Below are positions 38,901-53,900 of a DNA stretch of 64,000 nt, piece by piece. The DNA is from Eledone cirrhosa (taxonomy: Eukaryota). The notes below the pieces were generated by a model. That model was not told the origin of the DNA, did no database searches, and worked only from the letters and a program-made list of their open reading frames with translations. The translations under genes and the position numbers were made by a program. Numbering within the stretch: position 1 is the first letter of the stretch; every line of letters begins with the position of its first letter. The stretch covers positions 100,626,001 through 100,690,000 of the forward strand of contig OZ024746.1 in assembly GCA_964016885.1 (NCBI GenBank). The letters are read 5' to 3'.

Positions 38901-41900
38901 GGTATAGAGTCTGTCACTCACAGTTGAGATATACTACCTAGACTGGGGTGTAGAGTCTGTCACTCACAGCTGAGATATACCACCTAGACTGAGGTATATA
39001 GTCAGTCACTCACAGTTGAGATATACTACCTAGACTGGGGTGTAGAGTCTGTCACTCACAGCTGAGATATACCACCTAGACTGAGGTATAGAGTCTGTCA
39101 CTCACAGTTGAGATATACCACCTAGACTGGGGTATAGAGTCTGTCACTCACAGTTGAGATATACTACCTAGAGTGGGGTGTAGAGTCTGTCACTCACAGT
39201 TGAGATATACTACCTAGACTGGGGTGTAGAGTCTGTCACTCACAGCTGAGATATACTACCTAGACTGGGGTGTAGAGTCTGTCACTCACAGTTGAGATAT
39301 ACTACCTAGACTGGGGTGTAGAGTCTGTCACTCACAGCTGAGATATACTACCTAGACTGGGGTGTAGAGTCTGTCACTCACAGCTGAGATATACTACCTA
39401 GACTGGGGTATAGAGTCTGTCACTCACAGCTGAGATATACCACATAGTCTGTGGTGTAGAGTCAGTCACTCACAGCTGAGATATACCACCTAGACTGAGG
39501 TATAGAGTCTGTCACTCACAGATGAGATATACTACCTAGACTGGGGTATAGAGTCTGTCACTCACAGCTGAGATATACCACCTAGACTGAGGTATAGAGT
39601 CTGTCACTCACAGCTGAGATATACCACCTAGACTGAGGTATAGAGTCAGTCACTCACAGCTGAGATATACCACCTAGACTGGGGTGTAGAGTCTGTCACT
39701 CACAGCTGTGATATACCACCTAGACTGAGGTATAGAGTCAGTCACTCACAGCTGAGATATACCACCTAGACTGGGGTGTAGAGTCAGTCACTCACAGCTG
39801 AGATATACTACCTAGACTGGGGTGTAGAGTCTGTCACTCACAGCTGAGATATACCACCTAGACTGAGGTATAGAGTCTGTCATTCACAGCTGAGATATAC
39901 CACCTAGACTGGGGTATAGGGTCAGTCACTCCCAGCTGAGATATACTACCTAGACTGGGGTGTAGAGTCTGTCACTCACAGTTGAGATATACTACCTAGA
40001 CTGGGGTGTAGAGTCAGTCACTCACAGCTGAGATATACTACCTAGACTGAGGTATAGAGTCAGTCACTCACAGCTGAGATATACCACCTAGACTGGGGTG
40101 TAGAGTCAGTCACTCACAGCTGAGATATACCACCTAGACTGGGGTGTAGAGTCAGTCACTCACAGCTGAGATATACCACCTAGACTGGGGTATAGAGTCT
40201 GTCACTCACAGCTGAGATATACCACCTAGACTGGGGTATAGGGTCAGTCACTCCCAGTTGAGATATACCACCTAGACTGGGGTATAGAGTCTGTCACTCA
40301 CAGCTGAGATATACCACCTAGACTGGGGTATAGAGTCTGTCACTCACAGTTGAGATATACTACCTAGACTGGGGTGTAGAGTCTGTCACTCACAGCTGAG
40401 ATATACCACCTAGACTGAGGTATAGAGTCAGTCACTCACAGTTGAGATATACTACCTAGACTGGGGTGTAGAGTCTGTCACTCACAGCTGAGATATACCA
40501 CCTAGACTGAGGTATAGAGTCTGTCACTCACAGTTGAGATATACCACCTAGACTGGGGTATAGAGTCTGTCACTCACAGTTGAGATATACTACCTAGAGT
40601 GGGGTGTAGAGTCTGTCACTCACAGTTGAGATATACTACCTAGACTGGGGTGTAGAGTCTGTCACTCACAGCTGAGATATACTACCTAGACTGGGGTGTA
40701 GAGTCTGTCACTCACAGTTGAGATATACTACCTAGACTGAGGTATAGAGTCAGTCACTCACAGCTGAGATATACCACCTAGACTGGGGTGTAGAGTCAGT
40801 CACACACAGCTGAGATATACTACCTAGACTGGGGTGTAGAGTCTGTCACTCACAGCTGAGATATACCACCTAGACTGAGGTATAGAGTCTGTCATTCACA
40901 GCTGAGATATACCACATAGTCTGTGGTGTAGAGTCAGTCACTCACAGCTGAGATATACTACCTAGACTGAGGTATAGAGTCAGTCACTCACAGCTGAGAT
41001 ATACCACCTAGACTGGGGTGTAGAGTCAGTCACTCACAGCTGAGATATACCACCTAGACTGGGGTGTAGAGTCAGTCACTCACAGCTGAGATATACTACC
41101 TAGACTGGGGTGTAGAGTCTGTCACTCACAGCTGAGGTATACCACCTAGACTGGGGTATAGAGTCTGTCACTCACAGCTGAGATATACCACCTAGACTGG
41201 GGTATAGGGTCAGTCACTCCCAGTTGAGATATACCACCTAGACTGGGGTATAGAGTCTGTCACTCACAGCTGAGATATACCACCTAGACTGGGGTGTAGA
41301 GTCAGTCACTCACAGTTGAGATATACCACCTAGACTGGGGTGTAGAGTCAGTCACTCACAGCTGAGATATACCACCTAGACTGAGGTATAGAGTCTGTCA
41401 CTCACAGCTGAGATATACTACCTAGACTCGGGTATAGAGTCTGTCACTCACAGCTGAGATATACTACCTAGACTCGGGTATAGAGTCTGTCACTCACAGC
41501 TGAGATATACCACCTAGACTGGGGTATAGAGTCTGTCACTCACAGCTGAGATATACCACCTAGACTGGGGTATAGAGTCTGTCACTCACAGTTGAGATAT
41601 ACTACCTAGACTGGGGTGTAGAGTCTGTCACTCACAGCTGAGATATACCACCTAGACTGAGGTATAGAGTCAGTCACTCACAGTTGAGATATACTACCTA
41701 GACTGGGGTGTAGAGTCTGTCACTCACAGCTGAGATATACCACCTAGACTGAGGTATAGAGTCTGTCACTCACAGTTGAGATATACCACCTAGACTGGGG
41801 TATAGAGTCTGTCACTCACAGTTGAGATATACTACCTAGAGTGGGGTGTAGAGTCTGTCACTCACAGTTGAGATATACTACCTAGACTGGGGTGTAGAGT

Positions 41901-44900
41901 CTGTCACTCACAGCTGAGATATACTACCTAGACTGGGGTGTAGAGTCTGTCACTCACAGTTGAGATATACTACCTAGACTGGGGTGTAGAGTCTGTCACT
42001 CACAGCTGAGATATACTACCTAGACTGGGGTGTAGAGTCTGTCACTCACAGCTGAGATATACCACCTAGACTGAGGTATAGAGTCTGTCACTCACAGTTG
42101 AGATATACTACCTAGACTGGGGAGTAGAGTCTGTCACTCACAGCTGAGATATACCACATAGTCTGTGGTGTAGAGTCAGTCACTCACAGCTGAGATATAC
42201 CACCTAGACTGAGGTATAGAGTCTGTCACTCACAGTTGAGATATACTACCTAGACTGGGGTATAGAGTCTGTCACTCACAGCTGAGATATACCACATAGT
42301 CTGTGGTGTAGAGTCAGTCACTCACAGCTGAGATATACCACCTAGACTGAGGTATAGAGTCTGTCACTCACAGATGAGATATACTACCTAGACTGGGGTA
42401 TAGAGTCTGTCACTCACAGCTGAGATATACCACCTAGACTGAGGTATAGAGTCTGTCACTCACAGCTGAGATATACCACCTAGACTGAGGTATAGAGTCA
42501 GTCACTCACAGCTGAGATATACCACCTAGACTGGGGTGTAGAGTCTGTCACTCACAGCTGAGATATACCACCTAGACTGAGGTATAGAGTCAGTCACTCA
42601 CAGCTGAGATATACCACCTAGACTGGGGTGTAGAGTCAGTCACACACAGCTGAGATATACTACCTAGACTGGGGTGTAGAGTCTGTCACTCACAGCTGAG
42701 ATATACCACCTAGACTGAGGTATAGAGTCTGTCATTCACAGCTGAGATATACCACATAGTCTGTGGTGTAGAGTCAGTCACTCACAGCTGAGATATACTA
42801 CCTAGACTGAGGTATAGAGTCAGTCACTCACAGCTGAGATATACCACCTAGACTGGGGTGTAGAGTCAGTCACTCACAGCTGAGATATACCACCTAGACT
42901 GGGGTGTAGAGTCAGTCACTCACAGCTGAGATATACTACCTAGACTGGGGTGTAGAGTCTGTCACTCACAGCTGAGGTATACCACCTAGACTGGGGTATA
43001 GAGTCTGTCACTCACAGCTGAGATATACCACCTAGACTGGGGTATAGGGTCAGTCACTCCCAGTTGAGATATACCACCTAGACTGGGGTATAGAGTCTGT
43101 CACTCACAGCTGAGATATACCACCTAGACTGGGGTGTAGAGTCAGTCACTCACAGTTGAGATATACCACCTAGACTGGGGTGTAGAGTCAGTCACTCACA
43201 GCTGAGATATACCACCTAGACTGAGGTATAGAGTCTGTCACTCACAGCTGAGATATACTACCTAGACTGGGGTATAGAGTCAGTCACTCACAGCTGAGAT
43301 ATACTACCTAGACTGGGGTGTAGAGTCTATCACTCACAGCTGAGATATACCACATACTCTGTGGTGTAGAGTCAGTAACTCTCAGCTGAGATATACCACC
43401 TAGACTGAGGTATAGAGTCTGTCACTCACAGCTGAGATATACTACCTAGACTGGGGTGTAGAGTCTACTACTCACAGCTGAGATATACCACCTAGACTGG
43501 GGTATAGAGTCTGTCACTCACAGCTGAGATATACTACCTAGACTGGGGTATAGAGTCTGTCACTCACAGCTGAGATATACCACCTAGACTGGGGTGTAGA
43601 GTCAGTCACTCACAGTTGAGATATACCACCTAGACTGGGGTGTAGAGTCTGTCACTCACAGCTGAGATATACTACCTAGACTGGGGTGTAGAGTCAATCA
43701 CTCTCAGCTGAGATATACCACCTAGACTGGGGTATAGAGTCTGTCACTCACAGTTGAGATATACTACCTAGACTGGGGTGTAGAGTCTGTCACTCACAGC
43801 TGAGATATACCACCTAGACTGAGGTATATAGTCAGTCACTCACAGTTGAGATATACTACCTAGACTGGGGTGTAGAGTCTGTCACTCACAGCTGAGATAT
43901 ACCACCTAGACTGAGGTATAGAGTCTGTCACTCACAGTTGAGATATACCACCTAGACTGGGGTATAGAGTCTGTCACTCACAGTTGAGATATACTACCTA
44001 GAGTGGGGTGTAGAGTCTGTCACTCACAGTTGAGATATACTACCTAGACTGGGGTGTAGAGTCTGTCACTCACAGCTGAGATATACTACCTAGACTGGGG
44101 TGTAGAGTCTGTCACTCACAGTTGAGATATACTACCTAGACTGGGGTGTAGAGTCTGTCACTCACAGCTGAGATATACTACCTAGACTGGGGTGTAGAGT
44201 CTGTCACTCACAGCTGAGATATACTACCTAGACTGGGGTATAGAGTCTGTCACTCACAGCTGAGATATACCACATAGTCTGTGGTGTAGAGTCAGTCACT
44301 CACAGCTGAGATATACCACCTAGACTGAGGTATAGAGTCTGTCACTCACAGATGAGATATACTACCTAGACTGGGGTATAGAGTCTGTCACTCACAGCTG
44401 AGATATACCACCTAGACTGAGGTATAGAGTCTGTCACTCACAGCTGAGATATACCACCTAGACTGAGGTATAGAGTCAGTCACTCACAGCTGAGATATAC
44501 CACCTAGACTGGGGTGTAGAGTCTGTCACTCACAGCTGTGATATACCACCTAGACTGAGGTATAGAGTCAGTCACTCACAGCTGAGATATACCACCTAGA
44601 CTGGGGTGTAGAGTCAGTCACTCACAGCTGAGATATACTACCTAGACTGGGGTGTAGAGTCTGTCACTCACAGCTGAGATATACCACCTAGACTGAGGTA
44701 TAGAGTCTGTCATTCACAGCTGAGATATACCACCTAGACTGGGGTATAGGGTCAGTCACTCCCAGCTGAGATATACTACCTAGACTGGGGTGTAGAGTCT
44801 GTCACTCACAGTTGAGATATACTACCTAGACTGGGGTGTAGAGTCAGTCACTCACAGCTGAGATATACTACCTAGACTGAGGTATAGAGTCAGTCACTCA

Positions 44901-47900
44901 CAGCTGAGATATACCACCTAGACTGGGGTGTAGAGTCAGTCACTCACAGCTGAGATATACCACCTAGACTGGGGTGTAGAGTCAGTCACTCACAGCTGAG
45001 ATATACCACCTAGACTGGGGTATAGAGTCTGTCACTCACAGCTGAGATATACCACCTAGACTGGGGTATAGGGTCAGTCACTCCCAGTTGAGATATACCA
45101 CCTAGACTGGGGTATAGAGTCTGTCACTCACAGCTGAGATATACCACCTAGACTGGGGTGTAGAGTCAGTCACTCACAGTTGAGATATACCACCTAGACT
45201 GGGGTGTAGAGTCAGTCACTCACAGCTGAGATATACCACCTAGACTGAGGTATAGAGTCTGTCACTCACAGCTGAGATATACTACCTAGACTGGGGTATA
45301 GAGTCAGTCACTCACAGCTGAGATATACTACCTAGACTGGGGTGTAGAGTCTATCACTCACAGCTGAGATATACCACATACTCTGTGGTGTAGAGTCAGT
45401 AACTCTCAGCTGAGATATACCACCTAGACTGAGGTATAGAGTCAGTCACTCACAGCTGAGATATACTACCTAGACTCGGGTATAGAGTCTGTCACTCACA
45501 GCTGAGATATACTACCTAGACAGGGGTATAGAGTCTGTCACTCACAGCTGAGATATACTACCTCGACTGGGGTGTAGAGTCTACCACTCACAGCTGAGAT
45601 ATACCACCTAGACTGAGGTATAGAGTCTGTCACTCACAGCTGAGATATACTACCTAGACTGGGGTGTAGAGTCTACTACTCACAGCTGAGATATACCACC
45701 TAGACTGGGGTATAGAGTCTGTCACTCACAGCTGAGATATACTACCTAGACTGGGGTATAGAGTCTGTCACTCACAGCTGAGATATACCACCTAGACTGG
45801 GGTGTAGAGTCAGTCACTCACAGTTGAGATATACCACCTAGACTGGGGTGTAGAGTCTGTCACTCACAGCTGAGATATACTACCTAGACTGGGGTGTAGA
45901 GTCAATCACTCTCAGCTGAGATATACCACCTAGACTGGGGTATAGAGTCTGTCACTCACAGCTGAGATATACTACCTAGACTGGGGTATAGAGTCTGTCA
46001 CTCACAGCTGAGATATACTACCTAGACTGGGGTATAGAGTCTGTCACTCACAGCTGAGATATACCACCTAGACTGAGGTATAGAGTCTGTCACTCACAGT
46101 TGAGATATACTACCTAGACTGCGGTATAGAGTCTGTCACTCACAGCTGAGATATACCACCTAGACTGGGGTGTAGAGTCTGTCACTCACAGCTGAGATAT
46201 ACCACCTAGACTGGGGTATAGAGTCTGTCACTCACAGCTGAGATATACCACCTAGACTGGGGTATAGAGTCAGTCACTCACAGTTGAGATATACCACCTA
46301 GACTGGGGTATAGAGTCTGTCACTCACAGCTGAGATATACCACCTAGACTGGGGTATAGAGTCTGTCACTCACAGCTGAGATATACCACCTAGACTGGGG
46401 TGTAGAGTCAGTCACTCACAGTTGAGATATACCACCTAGACTGGGGTGTAGAGTCTGTCACTCACAGCTGAGATATACCACCTAGACTGGGGTGTAGAGT
46501 CAATCACTCTCAGCTGAGATATACCACCTAGACTGAGGTATAGAGTCAGTCACTCACAGCTCAGATATACCACCTAGACTGAGGTATAGAGTCTGTCACT
46601 CACAGCTGAGATATACTACCTAGACTGGGGTATAGAGTCAGTCACTCACAGCTGAGATATACTACCTAGACTGGGGTGTAGAGTCTGTCACTCACAGCTG
46701 AGATATACCACATACTCTGTGGTGTAGAGTCAGTAACTCTCAGCTGAGATATACCACCTAGACTGAGGTATAGAGTCAGTCACTCACAGCTGAGATATAC
46801 TACCTAGACTCGGGTATAGAGTCTGTCACTCACAGCTGAGATATACTACCTAGACAGGGGTATAGAGTCTGTCACTCACAGCTGAGATATACTACCTAGA
46901 CTGGGGTGTAGAGTCTACCACTCACAGCTGAGATATACCACCTAGACTGAGGTATAGAGTCTGTCACTCACAGCTGAGATATACTACCTAGACTGGGGTG
47001 TAGAGTCTGTCACTCACAGCTGAGATATACCACCTAGACTGAGGTATAGAGTCTGTCACTCACAGTTGAGATATACCACCTAGACTGGGGTATAGAGTCT
47101 GTCACTCACAGTTGAGATATACTACCTAGACAGGGGTATAGAGTCTGTCATTCACAGCTGAGATATACTACCTAGACTGGGGTGTAGAGTCTGTCACTCA
47201 CAGCTGAGATATACCACCTAGACTGAGGTATAGAGTCTGTCACTCACAGTTGAGATATACCACCTAGACTGGGGTATAGAGTCTGTCACTCACAGTTGAG
47301 ATATACTACCTAGACTGGGGTGTAGAGTCTGTCACTCACAGTTGAGATATACTACCTAGACTGGGGTGTACAGTCTGTCACTCACAGCTGAGATATACTA
47401 CCTAGACAGGGGTGTAGAGTCTGTCACTCACAGCTGAGATATACTACCTAGACTGGGGTGTAGAGTCAGTCACTCACATCTGAGATATACCACCTAGGCT
47501 GGGGTGTAGAGTCAGTCACTCACAGCTGAGATATACCACCTAGACTGAGGTATAGAGTCAGTCACTCACAGCTGAGATATACCACCTAGACTGAGGTATA
47601 GAGTCTGTCACTCACAGCTGAGATATACCACATAGTCTGTGGTGTAGAGTCAGTCACTCACAGCTGAGATATACCACCTAGACTGAGGTATGAAGTCTGT
47701 CACTCACAGCTGAGATATACTACCTAGACTGGGGTATAGAGTCTGTCACTCACAGCTGAGATATACTACCTAGACTGAGGTGTAGAGTCAGTCACTCACA
47801 GTTGAGATATACCACCTAGACTGGGGTGTAGAGTCTGTCACTCACAGCTGAGATATACTACCTAGACTGGGGTGTAGAGTCAATCACTCTCAGCTGAGAT

Positions 47901-50900
47901 ATACCACCTAGACTGGGGTATAGAGTCTGTCACTCACAGCTGAGATATACCACCTAGACTGAGGTGTAGAGTCAGTCACTCACAGTTGAGATATACCACC
48001 TAGACTGGGGTGTAGAGTCTGTCACTCACAGCTGAGATATACTACCTAGACTGGGGTGTAGAGTCAATCACTCTCAGCTGAGATATACCACCTAGACTGA
48101 GGTATAGAGTCTGTCACTCACAGCTGAGATATACCACCTAGACTGAGGTGTAGAGTCAGTCACTCACAGTTGAGATATACCACCTAGACTGGGGTGTAGA
48201 GTCTGTCACTCACAGCTGAGATATACTACCTAGACTGGGGTGTAGAGTCAATCACTCTCAGCTGAGATATACCACCTAGACTGGGGTATAGAGTCTGTCA
48301 CTCACAGCTGAGATATACTACCTAGACTGGGGTATAGAGTCTGTCACTCACAGCTGAGATATACTACCTAGACTGGGGTATAGAGTCTGTCACTCACAGC
48401 TGAGATATACCACCTAGACTGAGGTATAGAGTCTGTCACTCACAGTTGAGATATACTACCTAGACTGGGGTATAGAGTCTGTCACTCACAGCTGAGATAT
48501 CCTACCTAGACTGGGGTGTAGAGTCTGTCACTCACAGCTGAGATATACCACCTAGACTGGGGTATAGAGTCTGTCACTCACAGCTGAGATATACCACCTA
48601 GACTGGGGTATAGAGTCTGTCACTCACAGCTGAGATATACTACCTAGACTGTGGTGTAGAGTCTGTCACTCACAGTTGAGATATACTACCTAGACTGGGG
48701 AGTAGAGTCTGTCACTCACAGCTGAGATATACTACCTAGCCTGGGGTGTAGAATCTGTCACTCACAGTTGAGATATACTACCTAGACTGGGGTGTAGAGT
48801 CTGTCACTCACAGCTGAGATATACTACCTAGACTGGGGTGTAGAGTCTGTCACTCACAGCTGAGATATACTACCTAGACTGGGGTGTAGAGTCAGTCACT
48901 CTCAGCTGAGATATACCACCTAGACTGAGGTATAGAGTCAGTCACTCACAGCTGAGATATACCACCTAGACTGAGGTATAGAGTCTGTCACTCACAGTTG
49001 AGATATACTACCTAGACTGGGGTGTAGAGTCTGTCACTCACAGCTGAGATATACTACCTAGACTGGGGTGTAGAGTCTGTCACTCACAGCTGAGATATAC
49101 TACCTAGACTGGGGTGTAGAGTCAGTCACTCACAGCTGAGATATACCACCTAGACTGGGGTGTAGAGTCAGTCACTCACAGCTGAGATATACCACCTAGA
49201 CTGGGGTGTAGAGTCAGTCACTCACAGCTGAGATATACCACCTAGACTGAGGTATAGAGTCTGTCCCTCACAGATGAGATATACTACCTAGACTGGGGTA
49301 TAGAGTCTGTCACTCACAGCTGAGATATACCACCTAGACTGAGGTATAGAGTCTGTCACTCACAGCTGAGATATACCACCTAGACTGAGGTATAGAGTCA
49401 GTCACTCACAGCTGAGATATACCACCTAGACTGAGGTATAGAGTCAGTCACTCACAGCTGAGATATACCACCTAGACTGGGGTGTAGAGTCTGTCACTCA
49501 CAGCTGAGATATACCACATAGTCTGTGGTGTAGAGTCAGTCACTCTCAGCTGAGATATACCACCTAGACTGAGGTATAGAGTCAGTCACTCACAGCTGAG
49601 ATATACCACCTAGACTGAGGTATAGAGTCAGTCACTCACAGCTGAGATATACCACCTAGACTGGGGTGTAGAGTCAGTCACTCACAGCTGAGATATACTA
49701 CCTAGACTGGGGTGTAGAGTCTGTCACTCACAGCTGAGATATACTACCTAGACTGGGGTGTAGAGTCTACCACTCACAGCTGAGATATACCACCTAGACT
49801 GAGGTATAGAGTCTGTCACTCACAGCTGAGATATACTACCTAGACTGGGGTGTAGAGTCTGTCACTCACAGCTGAGATATACCACCTAGACTGGGGTGTA
49901 GAGTCAGTCACTCACAGTTGAGATATACCACCTAGACTGGGGTGTAGAGTCAGTCACTCACAGCTGAGATATACCACCTAGACTGAGGTATAGAGTCTGT
50001 CACTCACAGCTGAGATATACTACCTAGACTGGGGTATAGAGTCAGTCACTCACAGCTGAGATATACTACCTAGACTGGGGTGTAGAGTCTATCACTCACA
50101 GCTGAGATATACCACATACTCTGTGGTGTAGAGTCAGTAACTCTCAGCTGAGATATACCACCTAGACTGAGGTATAGAGTCAGTCACTCACAGCTGAGAT
50201 ATACTACCTAGACTCGGGTATAGAGTCTGTCACTCACAGCTGAGATATACTACCTAGACAGGGGTATAGAGTCTGTCACTCACAGCTGAGATATACTACC
50301 TCGACTGGGGTGTAGAGTCTACCACTCACAGCTGAGATATACCACCTAGACTGAGGTATAGAGTCTGTCACTCACAGCTGAGATATACTACCTAGACTGG
50401 GGTGTAGAGTCTACTACTCACAGCTGAGATATACCACCTAGACTGGGGTATAGAGTCTGTCACTCACAGCTGAGATATACTACCTAGACTGGGGTATAGA
50501 GTCTGTCACTCACAGCTGAGATATACCACCTAGACTGGGGTGTAGAGTCAGTCACTCACAGTTGAGATATACCACCTAGACTGGGGTGTAGAGTCTGTCA
50601 CTCACAGCTGAGATATACTACCTAGACTGGGGTGTAGAGTCAATCACTCTCAGCTGAGATATACCACCTAGACTGGGGTATAGAGTCTGTCACTCACAGC
50701 TGAGATATACTACCTAGACTGGGGTATAGAGTCTGTCACTCACAGCTGAGATATACTACCTAGACTGGGGTATAGAGTCTGTCACTCACAGCTGAGATAT
50801 ACCACCTAGACTGAGGTATAGAGTCTGTCACTCACAGTTGAGATATACTACCTAGACTGCGGTATAGAGTCTGTCACTCACAGCTGAGATATACCACCTA

Positions 50901-53900
50901 GACTGGGGTGTAGAGTCTGTCACTCACAGCTGAGATATACCACCTAGACTGGGGTATAGAGTCTGTCACTCACAGCTGAGATATACCACCTAGACTGGGG
51001 TATAGAGTCAGTCACTCACAGTTGAGATATACCACCTAGACTGGGGTATAGAGTCTGTCACTCACAGCTGAGATATACCACCTAGACTGGGGTATAGAGT
51101 CTGTCACTCACAGCTGAGATATACCACCTAGACTGGGGTGTAGAGTCAGTCACTCACAGTTGAGATATACCACCTAGACTGGGGTGTAGAGTCTGTCACT
51201 CACAGCTGAGATATACCACCTAGACTGGGGTGTAGAGTCAATCACTCTCAGCTGAGATATACCACCTAGACTGAGGTATAGAGTCAGTCACTCACAGCTC
51301 AGATATACCACCTAGACTGAGGTATAGAGTCTGTCACTCACAGCTGAGATATACTACCTAGACTGGGGTATAGAGTCAGTCACTCACAGCTGAGATATAC
51401 TACCTAGACTGGGGTGTAGAGTCTGTCACTCACAGCTGAGATATACCACATACTCTGTGGTGTAGAGTCAGTAACTCTCAGCTGAGATATACCACCTAGA
51501 CTGAGGTATAGAGTCAGTCACTCACAGCTGAGATATACTACCTAGACTCGGGTATAGAGTCTGTCACTCACAGCTGAGATATACTACCTAGACAGGGGTA
51601 TAGAGTCTGTCACTCACAGCTGAGATATACTACCTAGACTGGGGTGTAGAGTCTACCACTCACAGCTGAGATATACCACCTAGACTGAGGTATAGAGTCT
51701 GTCACTCACAGCTGAGATATACTACCTAGACTGGGGTGTAGAGTCTGTCACTCACAGCTGAGATATACCACCTAGACTGAGGTATAGAGTCTGTCACTCA
51801 CAGTTGAGATATACCACCTAGACTGGGGTATAGAGTCTGTCACTCACAGTTGAGATATACTACCTAGACAGGGGTATAGAGTCTGTCATTCACAGCTGAG
51901 ATATACTACCTAGACTGGGGTGTAGAGTCTGTCACTCACAGCTGAGATATACCACCTAGACTGAGGTATAGAGTCTGTCACTCACAGTTGAGATATACCA
52001 CCTAGACTGGGGTATAGAGTCTGTCACTCACAGTTGAGATATACTACCTAGACTGGGGTGTAGAGTCTGTCACTCACAGTTGAGATATACTACCTAGACT
52101 GGGGTGTACAGTCTGTCACTCACAGCTGAGATATACTACCTAGACAGGGGTGTAGAGTCTGTCACTCACAGCTGAGATATACTACCTAGACTGGGGTGTA
52201 GAGTCAGTCACTCACATCTGAGATATACCACCTAGGCTGGGGTGTAGAGTCAGTCACTCACAGCTGAGATATACCACCTAGACTGAGGTATAGAGTCAGT
52301 CACTCACAGCTGAGATATACCACCTAGACTGAGGTATAGAGTCTGTCACTCACAGCTGAGATATACCACATAGTCTGTGGTGTAGAGTCAGTCACTCACA
52401 GCTGAGATATACCACCTAGACTGAGGTATGAAGTCTGTCACTCACAGCTGAGATATACTACCTAGACTGGGGTATAGAGTCTGTCACTCACAGCTGAGAT
52501 ATACTACCTAGACTGAGGTGTAGAGTCAGTCACTCACAGTTGAGATATACCACCTAGACTGGGGTGTAGAGTCTGTCACTCACAGCTGAGATATACTACC
52601 TAGACTGGGGTGTAGAGTCAATCACTCTCAGCTGAGATATACCACCTAGACTGGGGTATAGAGTCTGTCACTCACAGCTGAGATATACCACCTAGACTGA
52701 GGTGTAGAGTCAGTCACTCACAGTTGAGATATACCACCTAGACTGGGGTGTAGAGTCTGTCACTCACAGCTGAGATATACTACCTAGACTGGGGTGTAGA
52801 GTCAATCACTCTCAGCTGAGATATACCACCTAGACTGAGGTATAGAGTCTGTCACTCACAGCTGAGATATACCACCTAGACTGAGGTGTAGAGTCAGTCA
52901 CTCACAGTTGAGATATACCACCTAGACTGGGGTGTAGAGTCTGTCACTCACAGCTGAGATATACTACCTAGACTGGGGTGTAGAGTCAATCACTCTCAGC
53001 TGAGATATACCACCTAGACTGGGGTATAGAGTCTGTCACTCACAGCTGAGATATACTACCTAGACTGGGGTATAGAGTCTGTCACTCACAGCTGAGATAT
53101 ACTACCTAGACTGGGGTATAGAGTCTGTCACTCACAGCTGAGATATACCACCTAGACTGAGGTATAGAGTCTGTCACTCACAGTTGAGATATACTACCTA
53201 GACTGGGGTATAGAGTCTGTCACTCACAGCTGAGATATCCTACCTAGACTGGGGTGTAGAGTCTGTCACTCACAGCTGAGATATACCACCTAGACTGGGG
53301 TATAGAGTCTGTCACTCACAGCTGAGATATACCACCTAGACTGGGGTATAGAGTCTGTCACTCACAGCTGAGATATACTACCTAGACTGTGGTGTAGAGT
53401 CTGTCACTCACAGTTGAGATATACTACCTAGACTGGGGAGTAGAGTCTGTCACTCACAGCTGAGATATACTACCTAGCCTGGGGTGTAGAATCTGTCACT
53501 CACAGTTGAGATATACTACCTAGACTGGGGTGTAGAGTCTGTCACTCACAGCTGAGATATACTACCTAGACTGGGGTGTAGAGTCTGTCACTCACAGCTG
53601 AGATATACTACCTAGACTGGGGTGTAGAGTCAGTCACTCTCAGCTGAGATATACCACCTAGACTGAGGTATAGAGTCAGTCACTCACAGCTGAGATATAC
53701 CACCTAGACTGAGGTATAGAGTCTGTCACTCACAGTTGAGATATACTACCTAGACTGGGGTGTAGAGTCTGTCACTCACAGCTGAGATATACTACCTAGA
53801 CTGGGGTGTAGAGTCTGTCACTCACAGCTGAGATATACTACCTAGACTGGGGTGTAGAGTCAGTCACTCACAGCTGAGATATACCACCTAGACTGGGGTG